A stretch of DNA of 63,935 nucleotides, counting the filler, from Folioceros fuciformis (lineage: Eukaryota): NCBI GenBank assembly GCA_049999805.1. It is 21 parts of 21 records of this genome, joined end to end, with 100 filler letters (N's around TTAATTAATTAA, not from the genome) between each part and the next. Parts side by side here need not be neighbours in the genome. Positions count along the whole stretch, not along the records: positions 1 to 2,339 come from JBNGIO010006869.1; positions 2,440 to 3,849 come from JBNGIO010006870.1; positions 3,950 to 9,237 come from JBNGIO010006871.1; positions 9,338 to 11,947 come from JBNGIO010006872.1; positions 12,048 to 13,085 come from JBNGIO010006873.1; 16 more parts are not named here. One strand, written 5' to 3'. Under the pieces are notes generated by a model. The model was not told where the DNA came from. It ran no database searches and worked only from the letters and a program-made list of their open reading frames with translations. Of the stretch, positions 1 to 13,185 are shown in pieces. A program made the translations under genes and the position numbers. Positions within the stretch are counted from its first letter, which is position 1, and every line of letters begins with the position of its first letter.

Positions 1-2314
1 GCTCCGACCTGATGTGGTCGTACTGGACCTTCAAGCAGTCATATTCTTCCAGCATCCTGAAACAGCCACAAATTGAGGGGAAATTATTTTTCATCCCGGC
101 CAGTCCACGGAATGGTGACGCGCGGACAGATAGTCACTCACCTTTGATGCTCATCCCGGATGCGATATTGACCGCCAAGCTCTGAGTCGAGTTCTTCTTC
201 CTTCGCTCGCAATAACTCCCTCAGCTGCTTGAGCTGGCACTCCTTTCCTCGTATACAGTCGTCCTTTTCTTTTATCAACTAATGTGTCGAAACAGTTTAC
301 CGTCTTTCAGGCCATAGTTCAACGAGCATCATCCTCAGCAATAAGCCCCAAGCTTTCATACCTTCACGTTGTGACACCCGGCCTCTTCGAAGGAGGCAAT
401 CTCGTGTCTCAGGTGACAGACATGCTGGTCACACAAGCACACACCGAACACAAGCGGTGTCATTTCCCTCATAAATGTTAGACGTAACACAAGAGTTTAT
501 AGGGTTTATACAGTGGAAAGAGGAGACTCAGTCATGTACGCAAGTCACACCAACCGTACCTCCTCCAATACACGATTCTCATTCTCTAACTGCAATTTGG
601 TTGTCTTAAGCTCTTCATAAGCTGAAGAATCTCTGCAAGCAGCATGACCTAAGGATTGAAGGGGAGAGAACAACCCCTGTCCCATATTCCATTGAGCTTA
701 AGGTAAAAAGAAAGCTTTTTTGAAGCACTTCGGGCAGAAGGGGATCGAATCGATACTTGACAAGATTGGATTGCAATTGCTGCTCAGAAAGCTGCAGCTG
801 CGCAATCATACACTCCCTTCTCCAGACCAGGGATTTTAGTTCTTGACAGCAAGCCCTTTGTGATTCGATCACCTGACAATGAGAGACAGAAGTTTAACTT
901 TTCACTCGCATGTTATGCATGGGATACAAGATAACGAATGTAGGCAGCAGGCTACCTCATCCTTGTCTTGTAGTCTTGTTTGAAGCTCCTGCAGCCGCCC
1001 ACTCATCTCCTCCAGCTACAATATACGGACCAGCATTTGATAACTGCTGCTGGATGTACCTCATACGTCAGGGGTATCATCTTCAATTGTGAGCGTACCT
1101 CCACAAAGAGACACTGCGACTGGCTAGCCCTCTCCTTTTCTTGAGCATCCAGTTGACTGCTGAGCTTGCAAACGATCTTCTGCTGCTCAACAAAGTCCTG
1201 AACTTGGCGCGCGAGTTTCGCCTGGAGGGAAGCAACCTCCATTTCCTTTCGCTCGAGCTCAGCTCTCTGCATAGCAGACCAGTCACAAGCCAAAACTGGT
1301 ACGAGAGAGGAAAATGGAGGGATGGCACCAAAGCTCATCTGTCCCCGTTTTCTCTTCCCACAGTACTGTTTGATTCCATGGACACACCGGACTGACCTGC
1401 TGACAAATGGCTTGTTGCAGTGCCTCCCGGTCTCTGCCGGCCAAAACCACCACCACTAGCATGAGTTTGACGCAGAGCTAGCCATAGAAAATGAAAGAAT
1501 CCGAGCACAAGAGCCTGCATGCCCTGCGTAGGTACCTGGAACAAAGAAACTTCTTCCCGTTGATGACCTCCTGAAGCTGGTGAATGACATTATCCTTACA
1601 CCTGATAGCCTCCTCGTAATTCTCACGCGCCTCAGCGGAACGATTCACCAGCTCCACATGCTGATCCCGCAACTCCACCAACTGCATCTCCTTCTCATTC
1701 AAAGCTAACCTAAGATTCATGACATTTCCATGCTCCCCGGCGCCCCCCCGCTCGCAACCTGTCCCCGAACCCTTGCCTCCATCTCCCAGCCTCCCGTCCG
1801 CAGCCGCCAGCCTGCATTTGGGGGTGGCCCGGAACGGGTTGTGATTCAACGTCGGGGCTGCGAATTTCCTACCGGCCCCAGGGGGCCGCAGGGCGCCACC
1901 CGCGGCCGCGACCCGGGGCCTGTCACAAACTTCGTGCAGGGGGATGTCCATGGCCACCGGCCTCCTCCCCGGCGTGCTGTTCCCGGAGGTGGACGCCGTG
2001 TGCTGCTGCTGCTGCTGCCGGCGGCAATTGAGCTGCTCCCGGACACAATGCGTCTCGGGAGCCCGGCGCGCCAACTGCGCTCTGAGCGCGTCCTCAGAGG
2101 GGGCGGCAGGCTTGGAGTAGCGGCCGGGGGAGGCGTAGGAGGTGGACGGCTGGTCGGCATCGGCGAGGCCATCGCCCGGCGATCGGCGGGAGGCAGCGTC
2201 CGGGAGCCCAGGCAGGCCATCGAAGGGGCAGGCGCGCTTCATCCGACCCCGCACGCAGCCGGGAGGGCGGTGCTCCCGGGGGGCCTTGCAGGGGCCATGG
2301 TAGTCAGGCATCAA
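1..2314 (-). CDS. Multi-exon coiled-coil protein of unknown family, 3'-partial
   Basis: Long first exon (2314-1536) then short GT-AG exons that join in frame into heptad-rich segments (RDREALQQAICQQ / RAELERKEMEVASLQAKLARQ / LEEMSGRLQELQTRLQDKDE / VIESQRACCQELK). Confidence 0.6.
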
Positions 2315-2339
2315 AGGCGCTCATCGGCGAGGGGGAGGG

Positions 2340-2439
2340 NNNNNNNNNNNNNNNNNNNNNNNNNNNNNNNNNNNNNNNNNNNNTTAATTAATTAANNNNN
2401 NNNNNNNNNNNNNNNNNNNNNNNNNNNNNNNNNNNNNNN
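2340..2439. other. Artificial contig linker (N44-TTAATTAATTAA-N44, stops in all six frames); first of 20 copies (others start near 3850, 9238, 11948, 13086, 21097, 23526, 25573, 29178, 37641, 38798, 42346, 45801, 49121, 50242, 51744, 54024, 55692, 60674, 62149)
   Basis: Identical ~100-bp N-flanked motif recurs throughout; ORFs ending in XXX/LIN run into it. Confidence 0.98.
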
Positions 2440-2718
2440 CTCCTTAAGCATACTATCAACAACTCACACATGAGATACTACTGAGTCATAACAGACGCTG
2501 CTCCAAGGAGACCACAAATAAGACAAAATGGACAGCCGGTGTTCCATCTCTGCCGAAGGCGATATGCGGAAACCCCAGGATGTCAAGCTTTGTCCAGTCC
2601 ACTGCTTAAGCTTAAGGGAGGCTCTGTGCTACTTCGACTTCATCCTGTACATCAAGGAGCTGCAACTGCTTCCAGCGAGCTCTGACCCGAAATTCTCTCC
2701 AGCATAAGTGGCCAACCA

Positions 2719-3849
2719 TTACCCCGTCGGACCCAGAATTCTCTTAATTCCAGACTTTTGCTCGGGAGTGAGTCTCGAGGGGAACTTGATGTCAAATTTG
2801 ATCCTCAGATTACCCCGTTTCCCTGGCTCCTTGGCGATCGGCATCCCCTCTTTAGGCACAACCTTCTCAGAACCAGGACTTATTACTTCCGTGCAAGGGA
2901 TGTTGAGAGTCCTACCATCTAGTGTTGTCACAGTAGCTGTACACCCTGTGAGCGCTTCCGACAACGGGATCTTGTGAGTCATGATGAGGTCGTTCCCATC
3001 CCGCTTAAAAACCTCATGAGGTCTCTCATCTATCACAAAGACTAAGTCTGCAGGTACCACATTCGGCTGCTCATTTCCCTTCTCCGGAAAAGTGATCTTC
3101 GTACCCTTCTTCCAACCAGGCTTCACTTCAATGGTCAAGATCTCCTCCACAGGCATAGTTTTACTGCAAAACACGAAACCCCACAGCAATTGTGTGACAA
3201 AGGAAAAAGGACAAAAGCCCAGAGACTTGCCAAGTAAAGACAAATATCCCAACACCATGACGTCTTAGCAGGATACCGAAACCCCTATCCATACCCGCTA
3301 GCATCGGCAATGTTCCGTGAAATCTTCATTTTCCTGGTGGAGCCGTTGTACAGCTCTTCCAACGTGCATTGCAGCTTGTTCTCGACGGGGGCAGCCTTCC
3401 GCGGCACGGACGACTGGGAACCATCGCCAAATGAACGGAACACATTCTCAGTCCCACCAAAACCCCCAAACATACCATCTCCGAAGGGAGATCGTCCGCT
3501 GCGGCTCCCAATCCCACCCATGTTGGGCATACTTCCCATCTGAGAGAAGCTGCCTCCGAAAAACTCCGCGAAGATGTCCTCGGCGTTCCGAGGCTTGAAT
3601 CGGAACATATTGGCCGGGCCACCTCCATTTTGGAAATGAACACCACCGCCAGGCTGGGGAGGCGGAACTTGGCCCTTCAACCCTTCCTCCCCATACTGGT
3701 CATAGATTTGACGCTTCTGTGGATCGCTCAAAACCTGCAGCAAAGACACCAGCAATTGCATCGTCACCCCCGCTGCCGACAAGCCCCCGCAACAGAGCAG
3801 CAACAGATGCGCAAGCAGCAGAGCACCTACCTCATAAGCCTCCGAAATC
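2719..3849 (-). CDS. DnaJ/Hsp40 class II (DNAJB-type) co-chaperone, 5'-partial; exons 3849-3831, 3734-3295, 3163-2719
   Basis: ISEAYE|VLSDPQKRQIYDQYGEEGLK end of J domain, G/F-rich region, LEELYNG, KPGWKKGTKITFPEKG C-terminal domain; splice phases join. Confidence 0.95.
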
Positions 3850-3948
3850 NNNNNNNNNNNNNNNNNNNNNNNNNNNNNNNNNNNNNNNNNNNNTTAATTA
3901 ATTAANNNNNNNNNNNNNNNNNNNNNNNNNNNNNNNNNNNNNNNNNNN

Positions 3949-6520
3949 NGGAAGGAACTGCGTTTTTCTGTGATTGGATGTGCTCGGACTGGACCAGGAC
4001 TAAAGGGTGGAGAGTGGTTCTGGCAGTGAAGAGCTCGACGGCCACCAAGGGCTCCGTTGCGACCAAGGAAGTGGTTCCCGCTCCCTCGCAGATTGAAGAT
4101 GGACCTGCGCTGTACGCTGGCTCCGGCAAAGGAAGCGAGTCGACAGTCAGTATCACGGTTGTCGGGGCGTCTGGAGACCTGGCGAAGAAGAAGATCTTTC
4201 CAGCCCTATTTGCGCTGTACTACGAAGGTTGCTTGCCAAAGGTGTGTTGGCCAACTGCCGAAAGGGACCGCTGTGCTTGTGCTCTCAAGGGCCTGTCGCG
4301 GGTTTTCACATCTTTTGACCCTATGTGGAGCAGCATTTTACGGTCTATGGATTCGCGAGGAGCAAGATGACTGACGAAGAGTTGCGTAACGTCATCAGCG
4401 CCACGCTTACTTGTAGAATCGATCAGAGGTGTATATCATGTCTAAAATTGAGACTTTGTTGCGGTACCTGCTCGACGACTTGCTTGATGTTGCACGACTA
4501 GTTGTTTCATCTCTCTCTGGGTAGTGTTGTGGTTGTGAAGCTCACGAATGTGGTGTAGGGAAAACTGCGGGGACAAGATGGAGCAGTTTCTCGCTCGCTG
4601 CTTTTACCACTCTGGACAATATAATTCTGAGGAAAGCTTCGCGGATCTTGACAAAAAGCTGCAGGGACAAGAGGTAAGCAGGTCTCATGACAATTCTTGC
4701 CCTATCTGGGTCCTCATCTCACACTGGTCGTTGGATAATGGAATTCCTGCATCTGGTGCTATCATGACTGAGATTCCAGAGTGTCTAGTCGCTTGTAGAT
4801 GTCTGTTTGGCTGGAAAGACTTATTGGGAAGTGCTTGTGGATGCCTCCGTAGGAAGGCAGACTGGCCAACCGACTGTTTTATCTCTCTATTCCCCCAAAC
4901 ATTTTCATTGACGTGGCACGGAGTGCCAGTCGTTCTGCCTCTTCCTCAAGAGGTTGGACGCGAGTGATTGTGGAAAAACCATTTGGGCGGGACTCTGAAT
5001 CGTCAGCAGAGTTAACGAACGGCCTTAAGAAATACCTGACGGAGGATCAGATCTACAGGTGGGTTCCGTGTCGTCTTCCATGGTGATCAAGCCTTAATAT
5101 GATACATCACAGTAGTATGGACACTGTTCAACCACTTTGGTGACTGTGCTAGAGGGAGCTTTTCCTATGCTGTGTGGTTCCTTGCAGAATCGATCACTAC
5201 CTCGGAAAAGAACTTGTGGAAAACCTCTCAGTTCTGCGGTTCTCCAACCTTGTGTTTGAGCCCCTGTGGTCGAGACAGTACATCCGGAATGTTCAGCTTA
5301 TATTTTCTGAGGATTTCGGGACAGAGGGACGTGGAGGGTTAGTACTTGTTCGAATTTCCTTGCTGTTGGGGTGGTCTGTGTTGACTTTGGAAGACGATCT
5401 CGGTCTGATGCTGATACAAGTGTTGCAATGCAGCTACTTCGATAACTATGGCATTATCCGGGATATCATGCAAAATCATCTCCTCCAGATTCTGGCGCTG
5501 TTTGCTATGGAACCTCCAGTTAGTCTAGATGCTGAGGATATCAGAAATGAAAAGGTACTTTACCTGCGTGAATCGCAAAAGTTGTTGCACTTGTCATCTT
5601 GGGAAAGGAGATCTTCCAGGGCTCCTTGTCTTGTTAGTGGACTGATAGGTTTGACTGTGCTCCAGGTAAAAGTGCTCAGGTCAATGAGACCCCTTCACAT
5701 CGAAGACGTAGTGGTTGGCCAATATAAGAGCCATGTGAGAGGGGGAGTGAAATATCCAAGTTATGTAGATGACAAGACAGTACCCAAAAACAGTTTAACG
5801 CCCACGTTTGCTGCAGCTGCCTTGTTCATAGACAATGCCAGATGGGACGGAGTTCCTTTCCTCATGAAAGCTGGAAAAGCCCTTCACAACAAAAGGTGAT
5901 CCTCCAGAAAGCTTGTTTGTATCTCGAAGCATTTTGTTGTTGCTTAACAGGTTGTTTTCCTATGACAGGGCGGAAATCAGGGTTCAATTTAGACATGTCC
6001 CGGGAAATCTGTACAAACGAAGTTTCGGTACCGACCTAGAACAAGCAACCAACGAGCTCGTCATCAGAGTACAGCCTGATGAAGCTATCTACCTGAAGAT
6101 CAACAACAAGGTTCCTGGTCTGGGAATGAGACTAGACAGGAGCAACCTCAACCTTCACTACGCCGACAGGTAGCCGCCGACGCGGAAACCAATAATCGAC
6201 CGACCCTCTTGGTGCCTGAGCCGTGTCTGACCCAGAACTGTGTCTCTTGTCTCAGATACTCCCGAGAGATTCCCGATGCCTACGAGCGTCTGTTACTAGA
6301 TGCCATCGAGGGCGAGCGGCGTCTATTCATTAGAAGTGACGAGCTGGATGCAGCCTGGGCCCTCTTCACCCCGCTCCTCAAGGAGCTGGAATCCAAGCGG
6401 GTAGCCCCCGAACTGTACCCATACGGCAGCAGGGGCCCCATTGGAGCTCACTATCTTGCTGCCAAATACAACGTGCGATGGGGTGACGTGAGCTCCGAGA
6501 TAGCCCAACAGCTACAGTGA
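3949..6520 (+). CDS. G6PD: Plastidic glucose-6-phosphate dehydrogenase, about 9 visible exons, 5'-partial
   Basis: [38 protein letters not shown]; the Cys pair [11 protein letters not shown] is characteristic of redox-regulated plastid isoforms. Confidence 0.97.
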
Positions 6521-7310
6521 TCCAATTTGTAACGGCGGCTTGCTTCGGCTTTCATTCCTTAAGCTGGGCTCTTGACTGCCTAAGTGAAGTGTCCGTTTGT
6601 CCCGCGTGCGTGTATTTTCGCGTCCAAGTTACATACCTTCTCTGACTAGGCGTCCGTAGACAGCCCGGCAGCGGCAATCTTTGTTTTCTGAGCCTTATCA
6701 AACGAGTGAAAAGGAAGACAGTGTTGTGGACTTTTTTACGAACCCGGATTGCAAGGTTCCCTGAGCGCAGCAGCGAATCGGTTCGAGCAAAGTGGTGAAG
6801 GCCTGGCCAGCGGGTGGAAGCGTACAATTGGCTGCTGCTGAGGCGAACACGATTGCCCATGTCGAACCACCGCGTGCCTGTGTGCGTCCAGGTGAATCCC
6901 CTCCCCTGCCTCGAGTCCCAGGGTCCGGAGGGATTAGCTATGAAATAGAAGAGAAGACATGCTGCGCACCACGTCAAAAGGCAACGGGGGGGAAAGGCGT
7001 GGGCCATTTACACTCGCGCCGCGTGCAAAACGCTGCGGTTGCACTCGCAGGCTACAAATTGCGTCCTCCGCAAACTCACTCTCACCGTTCTGCACTCCTA
7101 CGACTCCCTCCTGTCTTGCAAGTGCCGGACTCGAAACCCATCGCGTTGCTGGTGAGCCACCTGCGAGCTACCCGATTGCAATGCATTCCCTTCAGATCTA
7201 GAACAATTTGCATTGCTCCCAGACTCTCTAGTTTCTGCAGTGTTTTGAGCTAAGCACGCAACGGCCGCATTTGCGAACATGTGCAGCTTTGTGGAGGTGA
7301 CTGCAGGACA

Positions 7311-8458
7311 ATGGCCAGGCCGGTGAGCTACGTGTCATGGATGCTGGTCCTGGCAGCAGTCCTGTGCCTGTCAGGACTAGTCGGCTGCAACGTCGACGAG
7401 AAGTTTGAGAACGATGCGCACAACCTTCAGGTGGCGCTGAATTTGGAGTTCCTGGAAGCCGAGTTCTTTCTCTTCTCCGTCTACGGCTACGGACTGGATA
7501 AAGTAGCACCGGAGCTTGTTCTCGGAGGACCTGCACCAAAAGGCGCGCAGAAGGCTAACCTGGATGACCTGACCTACGACATCACGTTGCAGTTTGGTTT
7601 GCAGGAAGTCGGCCATCTCAGGTAATCTTCATACCGCTCTCGACAGACTGCTTCCGTTGTAGGTTCGTGCATTTTGCAAGGAGTCGATCATCCCTTGTAT
7701 GTTGAGCATTCCCCGGCGTTCGGTCTCCAGGGAAATCAAGGCCACTCTTGGTGAGCGATACTATTTCAGTAGGCCGCAGCTGGATATCGGCAAAGAAGTG
7801 TTTGCAAACACTATCGACAATGCTCTTGGCGAGAAACTGAACCCGCCGTTCGACGTGTACGCAAATCCGATCAACTACTTTCTTGGAGTGTATGTCATTC
7901 CCTACGTGGGGCTTACTGGATACGTGGGAGCTGCTCCAAACCTTCTCACACCTCTTTACAAGAGCGTAAGCAACGTCCATAGTCTTTGCTTACACATATG
8001 CTTCTCGCCACTTCAACAACAAGGAAATTTGCATTCGATCTAGAGTCATGTTGGCTTCCTTGTGTGCGCAGCGTGTCGCTGGTTTGCTCGGAGTGGAGGC
8101 AGGCCAGGATGCTGTGACACGACAGTGGCTATACGAGCGCAAGGACCAGAAGGTCGAGCCTTACGACTACACCGTAGCCTACTTCACCAACAAAATTTCC
8201 CAACTGCGAAACAAACTATCCAACGCCGGCATTCTTGACGAAGGCCTCACAGTCCCTCTGGAATTGGGAGCTGAGCAGAAAGTGAAAGGAAATGTCCTTG
8301 CCGGCGACAAGCACTCCCTTGCCTATGCCCGCACACCCGAGCAAGTTTTCAGCACCGTTTATGGCACTGGTGATGCTAGTAAGCCGGGTGGCTTTTACCC
8401 CAACGGAGGCAAAGGACACGAAGCCGAGTCATTCCTAAAGAAGACGTCTTCGTCGTGA
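7311..8458 (+). CDS. Desiccation-related protein PCC13-62-like (ferritin-like domain, signal peptide), 3 exons
   Basis: Hydrophobic N-terminus; ALNLEFLEAEFF, QEVGHLR, PYVGLTGYVG, AGLLGVEAGQDAV, PGGFYPNG motifs. Confidence 0.93.
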
Positions 8459-8759
8459 ACGATGTGAACTGGCGGTGACAATGTCCGTCCTGTACATGTC
8501 TATGTTCATACCAGTAGTATCACAATAGTAGGTGGATCGATGTAGATGTGCATACCCAACCTTGTATATTTCGCAACTGCCTAGTTCAAAGTTGTGAAAA
8601 AGTTACGCACGGCTTGCACATTTTGTCCATTTCACGAATAAATTACTTTCCTGTGACAAGTGTCTCGCTTGAGATCGTCACCACGTTACGTCACAACCTT
8701 TTCCCATTTAGGGCTTTTGTTTCCATCCTGGACAGACATCACTGATAAGTAATGAACAG

Positions 8760-9015
8760 TACCAGCTCGAAAGCGGAGTTCTTCCTCTTTTCAGCATACG
8801 GCTACGGCACTTCAGCTTGTTATTGGAGGACTTCCTTCCACTTACCGGGTGGACAAGAGGCGAAGCTTGATGATGTCACACACACTGACCAAGAGGTGGA
8901 GCCTGGTACTTACACTATGCTTAATAAAAACTAAACTATGTTGCCTATAAAAACTAAACTATGTTGCCTCTGCCTGCAAAGCTAAGGTTTTAGCACAGTG
9001 TATGGCATCGGGTTT
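8760..9015 (+). pseudogene. Internally deleted relic of a second PCC13-62 paralogue
   Basis: KAEFFLFSAYGYG...QEAKLDDVT matches exon 1 of the neighbour; ttagcacagtgtatggcatcggg (STVYGIG) matches its C-terminal STVYGTG; frameshifted, middle missing. Confidence 0.75.
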
Positions 9016-9058
9016 GGGCTCCCGATTAACATCACCGTGAGAGCTCGTTTACAGTTTC

Positions 9059-9237
9059 GGGTTTAGGTCTAGTCCAGGAAGTGGGTTTAGGTCTAGTCCA
9101 GGAAGTGGGTTTAGGTCTAGTCCAGGAAGTGGGTTTAGGTCTAGTCCAGGAAGTGGGTTTAGGTCTAGTCCAGGAAGTGGGTTTAGGTCTAGTCCAGGAA
9201 GTGGGTTTAGGTCTAGTCCAGGAAGTGGGTTTAGGTC
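9059..9237. repeat. Perfect 24-bp minisatellite GGGTTTAGGTCTAGTCCAGGAAGT, about 7.5 copies, running into contig end
   Basis: Read directly; gives the GLGLVQEV periodicity in the ORF track. Confidence 0.97.
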
Positions 9238-12047
9238 NNNNNNNNNNNNNNNNNNNNNNNNNNNNNNNNNNNNNNNNNNNNTTAATTAATTAANNNNNNN
9301 NNNNNNNNNNNNNNNNNNNNNNNNNNNNNNNNNNNNNGCTGGGCTGGGCTGGGGGGGGGTGGGGTGGGGGGGGGGGGGGGGGGCGGGGAGGAGGGGGCCT
9401 GACACCCTGGTGATCCGTCTCGAAGGTTTCGCACATCAAGTCAGCTCAGTGTCCGTAATGGGTCATCCGGAGAGCCACCCGGGAGGCCATGAGATTGGCC
9501 AGACCCCGGCCCCAGCGCCTGAGCCGGATCTCCTGGCCATGGCGGTGGGGCCTGTGCAAGATAAGGTACGCCGCGTGACGTGAGAATCACGACCTGGCGG
9601 GGGCACGCAACGCCTCGTCGCCTGTCGTCGATGTCCTCAGCCCAGCCCAGCCCAGGCCAGGCCAGGCCGACGAGTGATAGGCGGCCAGCATGTGCGGGTC
9701 CCCGGCCTGGCCCGACCTACCCTGGCCTGGCCTGGGCTGGCCTGTCCCGTCCTTTGGGCCATGCTGCCTACCACGACCGCCTCATGCCCACCGGTGGCTA
9801 CACATCTTGGGCAAGTACATACACACATACTATACCCCGTCCATGTACGCTTGTGTTGGTACTCACGTCCAAAGTTCCAGGTACAACACCTTGGATGCTT
9901 GCTGCTTGGAGCGTGACTGTGTGGGTGGGTGCCCATCTCTGCCAAATAAAGTGGCAGCACAGCACAGCACAGCATAGCACAGCACACTCACACTTCCAAG
10001 GCCTCGCACGAGAGATACCAACGCACCCCGGTAAGGAAGGCATTCGCAACCAAAAACAATGGTAGACTAGTATGCCAGCTGGGCCCTTGATGCCTGGCCG
10101 GAGCTCCAGACGAGGCGTGGAACAACAACAAAGGGGGCCCAAAAGCATGCCACTTGACTTTTCCTTCCTGTACTGGCCTTCAGGACAGCAGCCGATGAAT
10201 CAGGTCCCAGGTCCAGGTCCCTGGCCCCGGGCCCCATTCCCAGGCTCCAGAGCCCTTTCACCAAGCCTACGGCACCTCGATTCTCCCCCACAGCCCAGCA
10301 ATTGGACCCTATCTACTTTACACCGTAACACAACACAGCACAACAGGCATGCAAGAGGGGCTGCATGCAACTTGCCAGTTCGCAGTTCTGCCAGCGCCAG
10401 ACATGGCTGAACCAATCCAATCCTCGCTGCTACACTTGGCCTCTCCCACCTCTAGCTTTGTACTGGTCTGTACATACGCGGTCCAGGCCCAGTCGAGGTT
10501 GCTGGTTGGCTACCCTTGAGTTTCCCACTTGGCCTTCCATGTCTACCACACGCACCGTCGCTCCATGGCCTAGCTCGCTACAGGTGACCCCAGGTGAGGA
10601 CGGCTTGCTGGTACATACATACATACATACATACATACACACGAGCGTGGTCCACCCTCCCGACTCCATCCTGCGAAACCAAACTCTGCCATTGCTGCTG
10701 CACAATCGGTGGCATTGGGGAGCCACCATCGTCATTGGACTATCGTCCTCCACCTCATCCAGGGAATCAGACCTCGGCATATTCTGTGCGACCAAGAACA
10801 CTTGGCCACTACGCATTATCTTCTAGACGTGGTTGGAGGAAGCCAGGTGCAGGAAGAAAGCATGGCGGCAAAGAAATTTAGGTAGCAGAATCCCAATCCT
10901 GCTGGAGAAAAGCGACCCAGCCTTCTGCTTCATCTTCTTCTTCAGGTACGTCAATAGAAAAGAAAGAGAACAAGATACTGAATGTCAAGTACTGAAGTCT
11001 GTTTCTATTATTAATAATAGAAACTAATAAAGAAATATGACATCAATCCGAGAATCCAATGACTCATGAGTGATTTTTTATGTCAAACATGTTAAAAGAA
11101 TAGTTGAAGGATAAGAGCCGTGTGTCCTATCTGGATGTGTATGGGCTGGTCGGGGGATGCGGGTGAGAAACGGATTCATGTTTGTTTGGCAGGGGCTTTG
11201 GGGATAAAGTAAAGAAAAGGATGCAATAATGGGAAACTGAGAAGGGAGATTTTATATAGCTACATATTGGGAGGAAAAGAAAAGGAAAAGATATGTGTGG
11301 ACGTGGGATGAGTGTGATATCGGGGTAGAGCGGGCAATAACCAATGAGAAGCGGTGCTGAGGCTCATGGGATTATTGTCCGGGCCTGCTACAGGCTTCTG
11401 AAGGCACGCTTCTATCCTGACCCCTGAACCAGACCCAGAACCAGAACCAGAACCAGGACCAGGACCACAACGGGGACGCCAACCATACCAACCAACCGTC
11501 AACGGGAGTCTCTACCGGTCCGCGGAACCCGGTAGGCTGGGTGCTTTGCAGTCGATACGCTATCGTTAGCGCAAGGGTAGCGCGCAATCTGTGCGGCCAA
11601 TGCGCGTGAATGCTGGTTTACCAGCCGGCTTTCCGTTAACTCCTCTCCGCCCGCCTGCCTTCTTTTTCTCTTCTCTCTGCAACGCGAAGCGCGCAGCAAT
11701 TCGCGGCGCAGCCAAGAATGTCCACTCCCAGTGCCAAGTGCGCAGGAGACGGGCCTGCCATCTCCCCAACTTTGAAGGAATGAGGAGGCCAGCGCGGGGG
11801 TTGTGGGTAGTGGGGACTGGGGACTGGGGAGTGGGAGTGGGAGTGGGAGTGGGACTGCGTCTCGCCGTCCGGAGCTGGGATCTGCCACACCTGCCTCTGC
11901 CAGTGCCGCTGTCACTGGAAGCTGCTCCTTTGTACGCTGTAAGCGAGNNNNNNNNNNNNNNNNNNNNNNNNNNNNNNNNNNNNNNNNNNNNTTAATTAAT
12001 TAANNNNNNNNNNNNNNNNNNNNNNNNNNNNNNNNNNNNNNNNNNNN

Positions 12048-13085
12048 ATGTGGCCTTCCTCACTAAGGCTGAAGACATATGGACACAACTGGCACAGACG
12101 TATGACGTGACAAACATGCTTACCCTCTGTGCTGTCAAGAGTGAGCTCTATTCACTGCGCATGCGTGAAGGAGACAAGGTTGCTGCTTTTGTGATGAAGT
12201 TCAGACAACTTCGAGCCAACTTGATCTCCCTTGGTTTTCCCATGCCCGAACTTGATGCCGTTGTTCAGCTTTTAATGAGCCTTCCTGCCAGTTACCAGTC
12301 CTTTGTCACCAGTTATGGTGCTACACTCAGAGATGCTGGCAAAGCTGCCACAGCCGGACAACCCGTCATGATCAGCTTTGCAGATGTTGTAGGAGCCCTC
12401 TTCCAGGAAGAGCAGTCTCGACAATCACACTCAAACTCTGGTCGCACCAAAACTGATAAAGTCCTTTCTACAACTAAATTTAAACCACAAAGCAGAGGCA
12501 AGCACTTATATGTAGCTGGGTCTTCCAAAGATTCGAAGCCAGGACATATCAAAAGGCAAGGCTACTGTAACTGGTGTGGTTCTCAGGGTCACTGGGAACG
12601 GGAGTGTAGGAAGAAGAAATCTGGAGAACCCAAAAAGGCCGAGAAAACTAACAAATCGTTTGAGGCTCATGTGGTTTCCAAGGACAAGCCATCGAAGGGC
12701 TTTTCCACTGGCAAGCAAGCCGTGATACTGACTATCTGCCTGTCTGCAGCTTCCAGGCTTGATGATGCCTGGTATCTCGATTCAGGAGCAACATCACATG
12801 TCTGCCATGACAGAAAATTGATGAGTAACTTTACTCCTCTCTCCACAGGTGAAAAAGTGCTGCTTGGAGATGAACTCACAAAGACAGGTCTGAAAATTCT
12901 TGGCCGAGGTTCTTGCTCTTTCAGGCAGTCAAATGGCCAGATTTTTCAGATTGATAATGTCCTCTTTGTTCCTGGCATGGCAAAACACCTTCTCTCTATT
13001 AGTCAGCTGATGCAGCTCAACAATTTAGAGCTTCGCTTTCATGCTACTGGTTGCACTCTTAGCAAGTCTAGATCCTCTTATGTAG
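12048..13085 (+). mobile_element. Ty1/Copia gag-protease fragment, open frame across the whole contig
   Basis: UBN2-like gag (LLMSLPASYQSFV), zinc knuckle CNWCGSQGHWEREC, protease WYLDSGATSH, NVLFVPGMAKHLLSISQL. Confidence 0.95.
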
Positions 13086-13185
13086 NNNNNNNNNNNNNNN
13101 NNNNNNNNNNNNNNNNNNNNNNNNNNNNNTTAATTAATTAANNNNNNNNNNNNNNNNNNNNNNNNNNNNNNNNNNNNNNNNNNNN

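Noticed and set aside
9059-9237. CRISPR-like array (also the repeats at 32247, 38223, 45656 and 50068)
   Set aside because: Units are head-to-tail with no unique spacers, there are no cas genes, and the context is eukaryotic.
9338-11947. Many overlapping ORFs in this contig
   Set aside because: They arise from GC-rich low-complexity repeats; no recognisable domain or consistent exon chain.
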